64,000 nt of DNA from positions 18,960,354 through 19,024,353 of the forward strand of contig NC_068992.1 in assembly GCF_001194135.2 (NCBI RefSeq), written 5' to 3'. Below the pieces are notes generated by a model. The model did no database searches, was not told where the DNA came from, and was given only the letters and a program-made list of their open reading frames with translations. The stretch is from Octopus bimaculoides (taxonomy: Eukaryota). Positions 52,180-64,000 of this stretch are shown piece by piece. Position 1 is the stretch's first letter. Every line of letters begins with the position of its first letter. The translations under genes were made by a program, and so were the position numbers.

Positions 52180-52604
52180 CTGCGTGAATGTGGTAATGGC
52201 GACAGTTGGAACATCAACTCTGAAAGTAAGAAATAACAACGATGAGCAAAAACGCAAAACTAGTGTTTCAGATATTTTCATGAGAGGTGGGGTTTGAACA
52301 GTCAGAAAGCTTTCGGTATTTTTTTGTTGAATTTGTGTGTGCGTGCGTGTGTGTGTGTGTGCGCGCGCGTGTTGTTGTTATTGTGTGTGTGTGTGTGTGT
52401 ACATTTTGTACACCAGTTTTTGAATATTTGTCTACCTCTTGCAACCACACACATCATACAAGTATCTCATTCGTTGTATCTATGTGAATGTGTGACACGT
52501 GTGTGTGTATATATTTGGCAGAAGCAACATCATGACTCAAGGGCCGAGAGTGATGCATGAACATGCACATATGTTTACATACACTTATACATACATATGA
52601 ATAT

Positions 52605-52665
52605 ACGATGGGCTTCGTTCAGTTTCCGTGTACCAAATCCAATCACAATGCTTTGGTCGGTCAAA
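52605..52665 (-). mobile_element. SINE family A core fragment
   Basis: ACGATGGGCTTCGTTCAGTTTCCGTGTACCAAATCCAATCACAATGCTTTGGTCGG is the reverse complement of the family A core. Confidence 0.75.
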
Positions 52666-52838
52666 GTTTTACATATGCAAAGTATTGTTGATAAAGTATT
52701 GTTGTTCCAGTGCCGGATATCGTTATATTCAACTACCGGATGTTATTTAATATCTGCAATTCTGCTGCTTATCTAGTCATATTTGCATTATTATTGTCTT
52801 GATATCCTCAAGGATCATCTTCTTAGCAATCACAAATG

Positions 52839-52887
<49 letters not shown>

Positions 52888-52942
52888 GAGAACGTGTGCG
52901 TGTTTGTGGTGTTTATCCATGTGAGTGTATATATCACTATGT

Positions 52943-52973
<31 letters not shown>

Positions 52974-53572
52974 CATGGTGCAAGCATTGTTTAGAACTCA
53001 ATATGTTGTTAAGAGTGGATAAATATGTATTTATTGTCAATATTGAGATCGGGATTGGAGCTCCCATAGAACAGGCATATCACACATGCATCCTAGAAAC
53101 GAGGATGACCGTCAACGCTGTCATTCACCTCGACATATTACAAATAACAGCTAAATGCCACTTACATCATACGGTATCAGTGATAAAAGTATTGACTCAC
53201 TTGTTAATTTAATCTGTACTTACAAACATATGAAACGAATATAAATGTTTTGCAATAGGCCTTATGGATCAAGTTTAATATACAACTAACATCAACAGTA
53301 ACACATGTACTATTTCTTCAGATATATTTTAAAATGCTAAATAGCAATTAATACATGTAATAACATACGTTGTTAGCTATTTCGTTATTTTAGCTGCAAT
53401 GTAATGACTTGTGTATTTAGGCACTGCAGAGAAAGTTACCAGATTTTATTTGATTTTAGTAGTTCCTTCTTCATGATTCAATAGTTTGGTGTAGGATTAT
53501 ACTAGAATTCTTGTCAATCGCATAACAACATATTTTAGGTTAGTAATTCCGCAACACAGATATCTCCATTTC

Positions 53573-53935
53573 GTTGCTGTGTGGTAAGAAGCTTGCTTCC
53601 CAACCACATGGTTCTACTACGGTCTCCGGTCGACCAAAGCCTTGTGAATGGATTTGCTAGACGGAAACTGAAAGAAGCCCGTCGTATATATATGTATGTG
53701 CGTGCGCGCGCGTTTGTGTGTGTATCGATGTGAATGTGTGACTTTGTGCCCTAGTTTGTTGCCCACTACCGCTTGACAACCAGTATTGGTGTTTTTCCAT
53801 CCTCGTAACTTATGGGTTCGGCAAAAGAGACCGATAGGATAAGTATCAGGTTTAGAAGAATAAGTCCTAGGGTCAATTTGTTCGACTGAAAAAGTCTTTC
53901 AAGGCCGTACCCTTGCATGGCCACAATCTAAAGAT
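53573..53935 (+). mobile_element. SINE family A with a 42-bp deletion removing the B-box region
   Basis: GCTGTGTGGTAAGAAGCTTGCTTCCCAACCACATGGTTCT|ACTACGG...GACGGAAACTGAAAGAAGCCCGTCG...GCATGGCCAC, compared with the 15053 copy. Confidence 0.88.
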
Positions 53936-54598
53936 AAGATATTATTTGATTAATCTCTAAATGCTTCATTTTCTAGAAGACCATAAAAATAATATTTACA
54001 TCGTTTTCTTTGGTTTTACTTAATGGTGGAAAATTTCATTAGTCAGGCATCGGAAATTAATTGCATTCGAATGTAACGAGAATTATTAATTTCTTTTTTC
54101 TTTCTTCCTTTTTTTTTTCTGTAATTTTACATGACAATTTTATAAAGGGAGATAAGAATTCGTTCCTGGGGTCTCAACGAGCTGCTGTGTGAACGAAAGG
54201 AATTAACTGCATCTAAGTATCGAAACCTCGTAGAATTGTTTCGCTGAATAATGTATCATTACTATATATCGATCGTCAAACATTACTTTGAAAATATTGC
54301 TGTAATAACAACTAATTAAACTACGGACAATATTATATCCACTGATAGTCCGAGGTATAGAGTAAACGGTAGGTAGCAATTTAGCGTGTAAATCTATCTG
54401 TCATCTAATTATTTGTGTATTATTTGGTCAATGAAGGAAAAGTGATATTTAATTTGGAATGACACGCTATTTCACTGTAGTAAATAATCGATATCCTATT
54501 CAGTAATAAAAACCAGCTCAACGATCGGGATTCTTGTCAAAAATATGAATGATCGAAACACTAGACTGACAATATGTACATATACATATTCAAATAGA

Positions 54599-54634
<36 letters not shown>

Positions 54635-57255
54635 NNNNNNNNNNNNNNNNNNNNNNNNNNNNNNNNNNNNNNNNNNNNNNNNNNNNNNNNNNNNNNNNNN
54701 NNNNNNNNNNNNNNNNNNNNNNTATATATATATGTTTAAATAAAAAAATCAGATAAACGTGTAAGTTATGAAGTATCTCTTCATAATTTGAAGAAAAAAT
54801 ATTTATGTTCTATATAAATCCGTCTTGAAATATATAACTTTAAAAGGTGTCTCGATATATCGATTTTCTCAACTTTCTATCAATGCGATTGTTGGTTGAG
54901 ATAGAATTTAGTTTGACAATGAAAGGACGCTTTGTTATGGTAAGTGAGAGTATATTAATAATGATTTGAAGGAAGACAAATTAAAGGTGACCAACCTGAA
55001 AAGGCTGAGAAAATATGAATCGAAATTGTTGCTTTGGCAGCTAGAGATAATTATCTTAGAATTTGGTTTCTAAATACCACGTACCATGAAGATCATATTG
55101 TCGATGATATCAATCCATTCAAATCAAAATTATTTCGTCTTCGTACTACAAAGAAATTAGTACGTATAAACCAGCCTTGATATGTGTTGCATTGGGTGTC
55201 GGAATTTTTGAAAGAATATTTATTCTGTTAGTATTGCCGTTTTGAATATAAATGTTGTAACAGCTACGCTTATTCGGCCATACAACTCACTTTGCAGCAA
55301 AACATAATCATGTTTCTGTAAAGAACATGATTTATCAATAAAATCATTGTTAAATAACAGGGAGATATTGAAAGAACGAGTCTCACATTAATTTGTTATC
55401 TAAGGACTGTTGTTATCACATGCTCCTATTGGAAAAGCTGATAAAAAAAAAGAAAACAAAAAAAGATGAAAGACTACGTGAAATCAATATGACTTCTGAT
55501 TTCGATCTTATCTATTATGATTCGCATATTTTCTCATATATATCGTAAGTTATATCCGACAGAAGTTTATAACTCAGCCCTATTTTTGGTGAAGCGTGTT
55601 TTACGTGTTCAAGGTAGCCTCAGTTGTACGAGAGGAGATATTCTTTTACATTTCGAAAGACAGCTGTGTTGACAGATCCCCACCTCCACTGCAATAATAT
55701 CAGTTACGTCTCTCATATATGCTTGCCTTAATACAACTGGATATTTTAGAACATACATTATTGACTTTGTGCTTTGGTTATTATATATAAAAAAAAAACG
55801 GATATCGCGAATAAGAGATAGCAATCATATCAATGAACCACAAAGGTATTAGTATTCAATGCAATTGATTTCTTATTTATTTACAATTCAATATTTATAT
55901 TTATATGAGAAAGTAAGGAGATTATGTGAATATGATATTTTCTCGAAGAGAGAAACTTTAAACTAAGGATAAGAATTTAGCTTCAACTATAAATTGACAG
56001 CATTCACGCAATCGTTTCGATTGAGAACTCCTACTAAACCTGTTAAACAACGCCATATTTAATGCAAAATACACATGCACACAAACTTATTTGCATACAT
56101 ACACGCATACTCAACTACATATACACCTTCTATAATAATACAGAAATACATGCGGAGACACAAAATCAATAGTATTCTCTATAGTTTTTGCCATTTATAA
56201 AAGTCTAGTACAAAAAGAAAATCAAAACAAAAAAAGACTGATTAACTTCTTTGAATAAATGCAAGGAAACAAAGTTTTTGAAACAAGTGTAGAAGTAATC
56301 GAACAGTGAAGAGACCAGAATCCAGTGTCAGCTATCGTTGATTACGGAACTAACGTGAGAAATTACAGTGATCTTTCGAACTAAACCAAGACCTATGCTA
56401 TAGAAAAGCTAGGAAAGATCCCTCAATAGATTACATGACGAGAGTAAAAGAATGCTTAGATAAAAAAGATATCCAACATTTTCAAATTTTGTAGAGAAAT
56501 AATATATGCGTTACGACTTCACATATTGATAATGTTCTTTCTCTTAAGTATATACAGAGTTGCAAAGTGAAGATGACTGCGTCGAAATTAGTATACTTCT
56601 TGTATCTGCTTAACCTAAATGAATTAAAATCAAAATCAATTCCAGCAAGACTTGAGACCAAAAGGATGAGTCAAACACTTCAAGACAGTTAGTACAGCAC
56701 TCTACATTTTCTGCCAAAATGTCGCCGTACTTTTCGCATTAATATTATTGTTAGCCTTAAGAGAATTCTAACTTGGCAGAAACGATAAATAATCTCACTA
56801 AATACTTTACAAATTCAAATTAAAATCTGATCAAGGACGACATCGCATTTAATTCTTTCAAGATGATATATCGAACTGGAGCCAACAACCATAACCTTTC
56901 TCTGTAAATGACAATTGCCAAGAAACAGTGAACAATTCCTTAGAGTATTTAGTCGCACAAAACCTTACGTTCAAATGGGAAACTATTTCCACAATAAATA
57001 TTTCGGATCATCCATATATTAGTAAATACCAGTAATAATCTTGAGTTGGAGATCGAATTAATTGATTACTCTGAATTTAATTCAAATAATCATCAAATTT
57101 GTTGAACATAAATTATAAAAACGTCGTATATCTTTCAAGATAAAATAATTTACACATTAAGAAAAATTTTACTGAATATTTCATTAAAAAAAGTACGTTT
57201 TTTTACACGAAAATAAGCCACAAATGTTAAACGCAAAGCAACGTATTCAATCAAT

Positions 57256-58160
57256 GGTATAATTACTATTTCGATCTAGTATCTTCAGCCATCTTGTGGG
57301 CTGATCCATTATTTCCTGCTAAAAACATTTCCTGTCTTTACTGCCGATGGACTCTTCTAGGCGATGTTTACACTTTCTTCAGAGGTGAAGTCCTGTCCAT
57401 TCAATAAATTCTGAAGAGGCCAAAATAGATCTGAACATGCAAGGTGGGGAAATTATGGAGTGTAGAGCAAAACTTCCCAGTCACACCCGTGTAACGCCTG
57501 CCTTATCTGCAAAGTGTCCGGTCTGGTATTGTCTTTCATCAAGACAACGCCTTTACGATTAGCGAGAATTGGTAGCTCCAGATGAAAGGCTACGTTTAGT
57601 TTGCCCAGCTGGTCACAATGCGCATCCTAACTGACGGTCTTGCTCATGGGAAGAATCTCGTAAAAGACACTACCCTTCCCACCAAACTGAAAGCATGTCC
57701 GTCTTCGGATGAATTCCTGCTTTGGAGATTGTTTGTTGTGGTTCGCCGTGATTCCCATTATGGTCTGTGCTTCAAATTATTATAGACGATCTATTTTTCG
57801 TCTCCTGTCACAATTCTCAGCAAAGGAGGATAGTTTTCTTCTCGTTTCTGCTACGAACCGAGAATGGAAATCCGTTGAGTGAATTTGCTAACGTAACCAA
57901 GTTGATGCAGATGATTTATCCCTCGATTTCGACATCTGAGGAATATATGTAATTATCCAGATCGTATGACAGGGGTTGATGACCACTAACTCCTTCATTT
58001 TGCCACTGTTAATCTCAGTTGCCGTTCAGAGCGAGGACTGGAAAAAATTTCTCAATCGAATTCTTCAAAACCACTTCTGACACACACGTTCCATAGCAGC
58101 GTTCTCTCCATACACAGCACATATCTTCCTACATGTTTCCGCTACTTTCTGGCCTATATC
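57256..58160 (-). mobile_element. Second, more decayed mariner transposase relic
   Basis: Minus-strand translation gives GQKVAETCRKICAVYGENAAMERVCQKWF, IVTGDEK*IVYNN, PKAGIHPKTDMLSVWW, NRKGVVLMKDNTRP and DWEVLLYTP*FPHLACSDLF. TIRs are not recognisable, so the boundaries are approximate. Confidence 0.88.
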
Positions 58161-59046
58161 CCGAGTGTCAAGTTTCACTCACTTCATACATAATTCTCCA
58201 CATTCAAAACTTTTATCGGTGTCTCTTCATTTGCCATTCTCAAATTAGACACAAGCAATCAATTCTATAAATGCATCTCCACCACAACACAGTAAGTGAG
58301 GTTATGAATATTAAATGGAGGAACACCATACATTGTATTCGATGTGATTCGGGGCGCACCAAAATTCTTCGAATTGTTGTTTCAGCTGAAACACACGCAC
58401 ACGCACGCGCACGCATACATAGTATTTGTTTAGTTTTCCTAATGTGGTGCGCAGGATTCTCACAGATCTTGTCTTATCCCAAATCGTATTACGTGAAATG
58501 AGCAAGCTTTGTTAGTAATTCGGCAACACATATCATTATGAATATCGAAACGTGTTCTTATGAAGCAACACATAAATGTTTTTCAGAATATCTCTTAAGC
58601 ATGTATAGCGAAGGGCACAGAGGATGAGTAATATCTTAATGAGGTGAGTACGTTCTACGTTATATATACTCTTTGAAGTCGGTCTAATTCATTCAGGCAA
58701 ATAATGATTTCAATCACAGTTGCAAACCCACAAAATTTAGGGGAAAGATAAACAAATAAAATAAATAGTATGATAGCAGTGCTTGGTTGGTAATAAAATC
58801 TTATGCTCATTTCTGTTTTGGTTTAAAAAGCAAAAGATCTTGTGTTCATATATATATATATATATATATACATACATCTGTAAAAATATGTGACAGTTAT
58901 TCAGTTACCATGATAAAACACCGAGTTTCGGATGCCAGGGTGGGAGCCCACTCCAACATCTCTTCCGTTATCCGGCCAATTGAAAATTCCTGTGAAAAAT
59001 GACCGTTAAAAACAAAGGGAAATTACTGTGTAGTGACAAGGTCAAA

Positions 59047-59336
59047 ACACGTCTTTGAAATGTGGCTAAACATTTTGCCCGGCATGCTAACGTTTCTGCC
59101 ATTTCGCCACCTTCATTGGGTATCAAATATATTGGTTTCAAATTTACACGAGGCCAGCAATTTTGGGGGAGGTGGTAAGTCAATTAGATCGATCCCAGTT
59201 TTTAATTCGTAATTATTTTGCCGACCGCGAAAGGTTAAGTTTACATCGGTGGTATTTGAAGTCAGTACGTAACGGTGGACAAAATGCCGCTAAGCATTTA
59301 CCGGACATGCTAACGATTCTGCCAGCTCGCCACCTT
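59047..59336 (-). mobile_element. Tandem SINE family B: isolated head (59047-59113) plus a full copy (59128-59336)
   Basis: GCCCGGCATGCTAACGTTTCTGCCATTTCGCCACCTT and CCGGACATGCTAACGATTCTGCCAGCTCGCCACCTT are repeated heads. Confidence 0.82.
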
Positions 59337-61219
59337 AAGTGAGTAAGACATATATTACCAACAAAGGTGATTATGTTATACTTTTCGAAATCACTCGTGT
59401 AAAAGAGAAAAGTTAAAAAACCGACTCAAACAATTAATCACATTGAATTAATATAAACTTGACTTTCCTTTCAGAATTACTGGTATGTTTTTTTTTTTTT
59501 ATATACATGTCAATTAATTCATGAAATGAAATTTGAAAATTTTGGAGTGTGGAGATGTTACTCTAATTAATTGTTACATACAAGACACTGAAATTAATTT
59601 TAAAAATCCTCTAATCATTATTCCTTTATCGCTGATTCTTAATGTTTCTGTCTTTTTTGTTATGAATTACTTTATTTTATCTATTTATTCTTGTTAAAAT
59701 TTGTTTATTCAGATTTCTCTAATTATTTTTTCCATTAAAATATTGATTACATACACAGTTTAATTTTAGTGTTCATTAATTTAAGCACAGCCTTAAAGAT
59801 TGTATTATCGACTATTTTACGCACAAGCTAACATTCATACATACTACCAGGAATGTGTGTATGCAAATATGTGTATATTTATGTATGTATTATGTATGCA
59901 TGTATGTATGTAGAAAAACATATTGTTTCATTGAATTAATAATTGTCTTGCATTCGTACATGCTATTAACATCGAGATATCTAAAGGCAGTGAAAGAAAG
60001 GGTTGATAGTGTGGAAGACAAAAATAATGTTCTGGCGAATTCGTTTCGTATATCTGTGCCATATAACATAAATAAAGTCAAAAACTGCGGTTGGCTTTAA
60101 TCGAGTATAACTCTGCCGCAAAATGTATGAGATTCTGCCCATGATACAGATCACTAATATTCAGATATTTTCAGAACACATTTGGCCAAGTTCTATATTT
60201 TATTAAATTAACCGTATTGCATTTTATGAAACTTAAAATTGAAAGTGGGGAATAAAGATATGATACAGGATAAAACAAATCATATAGTTCTTCTTACCAT
60301 TTATGGTATTGTAGAAAATCATCTAAAATTACTAATTACTAATTATTGTGTTGAATATGGAAAGAACATCTGGGTTGATGCAATAGTCTTAAATGTGTAT
60401 AATAAAACGTTATGGTGACTATTGAAAGGGTTCTAATCGTAGATGCTCTGAATCACAGTTATATTGGCGCTAAGCAAAGCTCACCAGTCGTATTTGTAGG
60501 ACTAAATTCAATATAAGACAACAACTAAAATTCACTCCACTGAACTCAGTTTACCAATATTCCCTTCAAATGGTGCAATGGAAATTGGATTGAAAAGCTT
60601 TCAAATGTATTCACACATGCATGATAACACTGCTGAATATGTAGAATGCTGCTAGCAAAAAATTGAGGAGTAAAAATGCACGAAGAAAACTGTTGCACTA
60701 CGTTTTGTTTGGCATCAAACTGTCTGGCAAGAAATCGCTTTAAATTAAGAAAACAAATTGACCTGCTTGTCATATTTTTGGAAGGAAATCCGATAAGTTT
60801 GCTTGTTTCTGATAGCAATGTGGGTACCCGCTCCTATAACCGTAGCTTCGTTTCGGGAAATAATAGACATTTGTCAAAAGCCAATGAAGATATTAGAGAC
60901 AGAAAAGAAAACGTAATAACACCATAGTTGAAATTGTATTAAACATCGGTTACTTAGCGAGCTCGTTCCATTAGTAAACATTATAATTACCCTAAAATAA
61001 AATAATACGAAATATCATAGGATCATGATTAATTCAACAAAGAAATGCATCTCAAGCTTTACATTAAGCTTCTTTTATTATAATGGACCCACAGCAAAGC
61101 GGATTGGCCAATGGTGAGTGCAGAGCTTCTCTGACGCTCTGAACTATCATCTATAGAATGAGAAGAGAATATCGGCGATACAGATGTTTTTAACTAACGC
61201 TGGAGTACAAACTGAGATG

Positions 61220-61220
<1 letters not shown>

Positions 61221-61310
<90 letters not shown>
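61221..61310. repeat. (CA)n microsatellite
   Basis: Directly visible. Confidence 0.98.
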
Positions 61311-61314
<4 letters not shown>

Positions 61315-61639
61315 AAAGAAGTAAAGAAATGTTCAAATGTAAGAAAAAAGAACGGAAGGTTCGTAAACAACAATACCATGATTCATTGTTAACTGCCAAA
61401 CATGAAATGTATATTATATTCAATTCTTATGCAATATTAGATAAGAGAATGCTATCAAAATTCGTCATCTGCTCAAATGCATTGGCTTAATGACTTACAG
61501 GCTTAGGCAAAAGATTAACAAAAACAAGAATAAAAACAAGTGTTATCTCCCCTCTCTCCCACGCACACACAAACAGGCAAAACATATACATACAAACACA
61601 TGTATGCGTCAGTGTGTTTATGTGTGCGCGCGTGTCTGT

Positions 61640-61925
61640 GAAGGTGCGTGACTAAGTGGTTACGGTATTCGGCTCAAGATCGTAAAGTTGTGAGTTCGAT
61701 TCCTGACGATGGGTTGTGTACTTGAAAAAGATATTTTATTTTACGTTGTTCCAGTCCTCTTACCTAGCAAAAATTAGTTGTACCTTTATTTCAAATGCCA
61801 GAGAACTAAGTGATGGTTACGCGTGTTTGTGGAATACTCAGCCACTTGGGCATTAATTTCATGATCAGATCGTTCTGTTGATCGGATCACCTAGAACCCA
61901 CGTCATCTTAACCGACTAAGTGCCG
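61640..61925 (+). mobile_element. tRNA-derived SINE, third family (C)
   Basis: GGTGCGTGACTAAGTGGTTACGG (A box) and GAGTTCGATTCC (B box), followed by TTGTGTACTTGAAAAAGATATTTTATTTTACGTTGTTCCAGTCC, a typical SINE body. It does not fold into a clean cloverleaf. Confidence 0.7.
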
Positions 61926-63858
61926 TAGGGTCAGTACGAATGTGTCCATATGTATGTAATTTACCTGAAGCTGGAGAAATGGCTGTCGTCAATGTTGAGG
62001 TCTACACCATTTTGACTGGTCAGACAGATGACCAAGGGTCTTCCAGTCATTACGCTTTCGGTCTTTATTTTTAAATCATGGTGAAGCTATTACTAAATTA
62101 TCCAATATGTCCTTCCATTTTTTTAAAAAGAGATGATACGTCATCATCACGTGTGAATTCGTAGAAGATTCTCTAGCTGGGTTGTTTATTTTAGACTGTT
62201 ACCCAAAGATTGTTCTTAGAATTTTATTTAATACATTGATAGGTGCAAATATTTAATTTACAAATATCAGTAGCTCAAAGATTAAACATGCAAGCCGAAA
62301 ATGACAAGTTTACATTAAAACTACTTTCAATATGTTTACTAACTAATTTGATAGCGAAGTATCACGCCTACATCTTTATAGATGTTTGGAAATCTCATCC
62401 ACTCTTCCTCACATAAGTTTTGATGTCAGCAAATGAATAAGAGATTAGATGTGGAATGTAATGGAGTATATTCGATAAATCGAATATCAATTATAATTAA
62501 AGGAAAAGTTTAAACTGCAGTTAATTGATTTCGGTAGTGCTGTCTTGTTTCTTTGACCTAAATGCATTTTATTTAGATAAATACTAAGTTTTAGAACAGT
62601 GGTTTACATTTTTGAGTAGGTGTGTATTTAATTAATTCAATCTTGGAAACTGAAAGCTAGGAAATTTTATGGAACTTGAATGGAGAGTAAAAGAGAGATC
62701 TGCGGTGGCATTTGAATTCAGAAACCGAAGGTACATATGTAAATATTGCTATCATTTTGCCCGCTAATTTACCGCTACTGCAACTTGCTTCTAATTTTCT
62801 GAGACGAATAGATCGTTTATAACATAAGCACACATCCAATTATTTTAATGGCACTTAATTGATACCGGTAATTAAGTAACTCGCTAAGGGCCTTGAGCTT
62901 GTATATGTTCTTTTTTTATTATTTATATATTTATCTTTTAGCTTTAGGCCTTCCTGTGCTTCACACTGCATTGTGTATTGGACGTTGCCCGTCCAGTGCA
63001 GCAGAAGAAGAAGCAGTACGTTTGTTAAGTTTGGGAGGCGGCAACAGCGCTGCTATCTAAAAATCAAGTACCTCAAATGAAATGACAGAAAAAAATTAAT
63101 AAGAGCGATCAACATACCAAAGAAGGCATCGGATAAACGCTACTTATGATGGGCTCTAATCAAAGCCGAAAGAATATTATGGCTACGAAGCACTCGATTC
63201 TGAGAGCCAGAGCTACAGCAAAAATCGGGACTCGTTATGTACGAACGGTGTACCAAACTCGAATACATGCTTGTGTTTACTATGTAAAAACTGTGATTTA
63301 CCAAAAAGCGCAACTCATTGATGCGACAGCTATAAATTCATAGATCAAATCCATAATCAAGTACATAAATCAAATTCCTAAATCAAACACGAGTATTGAA
63401 GCAGATTTAATCGATTAATTTCACCGTGTCAAATGAATAGTCCTTAGTAAGGTATATCATTGCACTTAGAAATACATTTATATTCTGAATATGTCATGTT
63501 GGCATGAATCCTAAAGTTATTAGAGAGACTAAAAGCAGGTGCAGTAACTCAGTGCAAGTGAGTGAAAAAATGCATTTTCTGAATACATTCATTTATTTCT
63601 GTATCGCTACGTGAGATCCTTTAAATACAATGCATCGGTATGATAATCTTCAATTTCATAGAGGTCGCTAAGAAAGTCAGATATTATTATTGAAGAACCA
63701 TAAATTAAACAATTAAGCAATTAAGTAATTGACGACTGTACTACAATTGATCAAATATTGAGTCTATTATTAGTAGATGCGGCAACATGGAGAGACATAT
63801 TCATCTTTAACAATATGCTGCTGCACTATCCATCGACTCATTGATAAATAGAAGGTAC

Positions 63859-64000
63859 TGGCGTAGTTGGTTGGTTAAGAAGTTAGATTCGCAGTCACTG
63901 GGTCTCGGGTTCTAACTTCCCCTGCTTTACTCTGCACGTGTGTCTTCTACTGTTGACAAATAAATAAAAAAAAGGTTGAGTGGAATTTGTTAGAAGGAGA
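63859..64000 (+). mobile_element. SINE (family A-like) head running off the window end
   Basis: GGCGTAGTTGGTTGGTTAAGAAG..GGGTTCTAACTTCCC..GTGTCTTCTACT..GAGTGGAATTTGTTAGA. Confidence 0.55.

Noticed and set aside
61963-62090. Minus-strand frame ..SQNGVDLNIDD.. ending at CAG|GTAAAT, ankyrin-like
   Set aside because: The sequence (GGAAGGACATATTGGATAA..GACTGGAAGACCCTT..) resembles a dispersed octopus repeat tail as I recall it, and the acceptor is weak.

Overview
AT-rich, repeat-dense eukaryotic DNA that looks intergenic or intronic. The SINE families, transposase relics and microsatellite load point to an Octopus genome (inference, not a database result). It has 16 N-gaps (about 4.3 kb), each abutting a (TA)n tract. 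No host protein-coding gene can be supported: nearly all listed ORFs are microsatellite or gap artefacts, or antisense shadows of transposons. What can be supported is a layered transposon graveyard. DNA transposons: a full-length mariner with TIRs and TA target duplication, a second decayed mariner, two maT-type Tc1/mariner relics and a Tigger/pogo fragment. Retroelements: RTE LINE relics (one with an open C2H2 zinc-finger tail), R4/Dong-like and HERO-like RLE-LINE 3' ends, and a Penelope GIY-YIG fragment. More than 20 tRNA-derived SINE copies from three families are also present. The most interesting observations are a hairpin-loop micro-inversion inside a mariner catalytic motif, a Dong-like LINE nested in the (ATT)n tail of a SINE, and modular SINEs with shared cores and swapped tails. 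A few low-confidence exon candidates are listed. No new biological system is evident.
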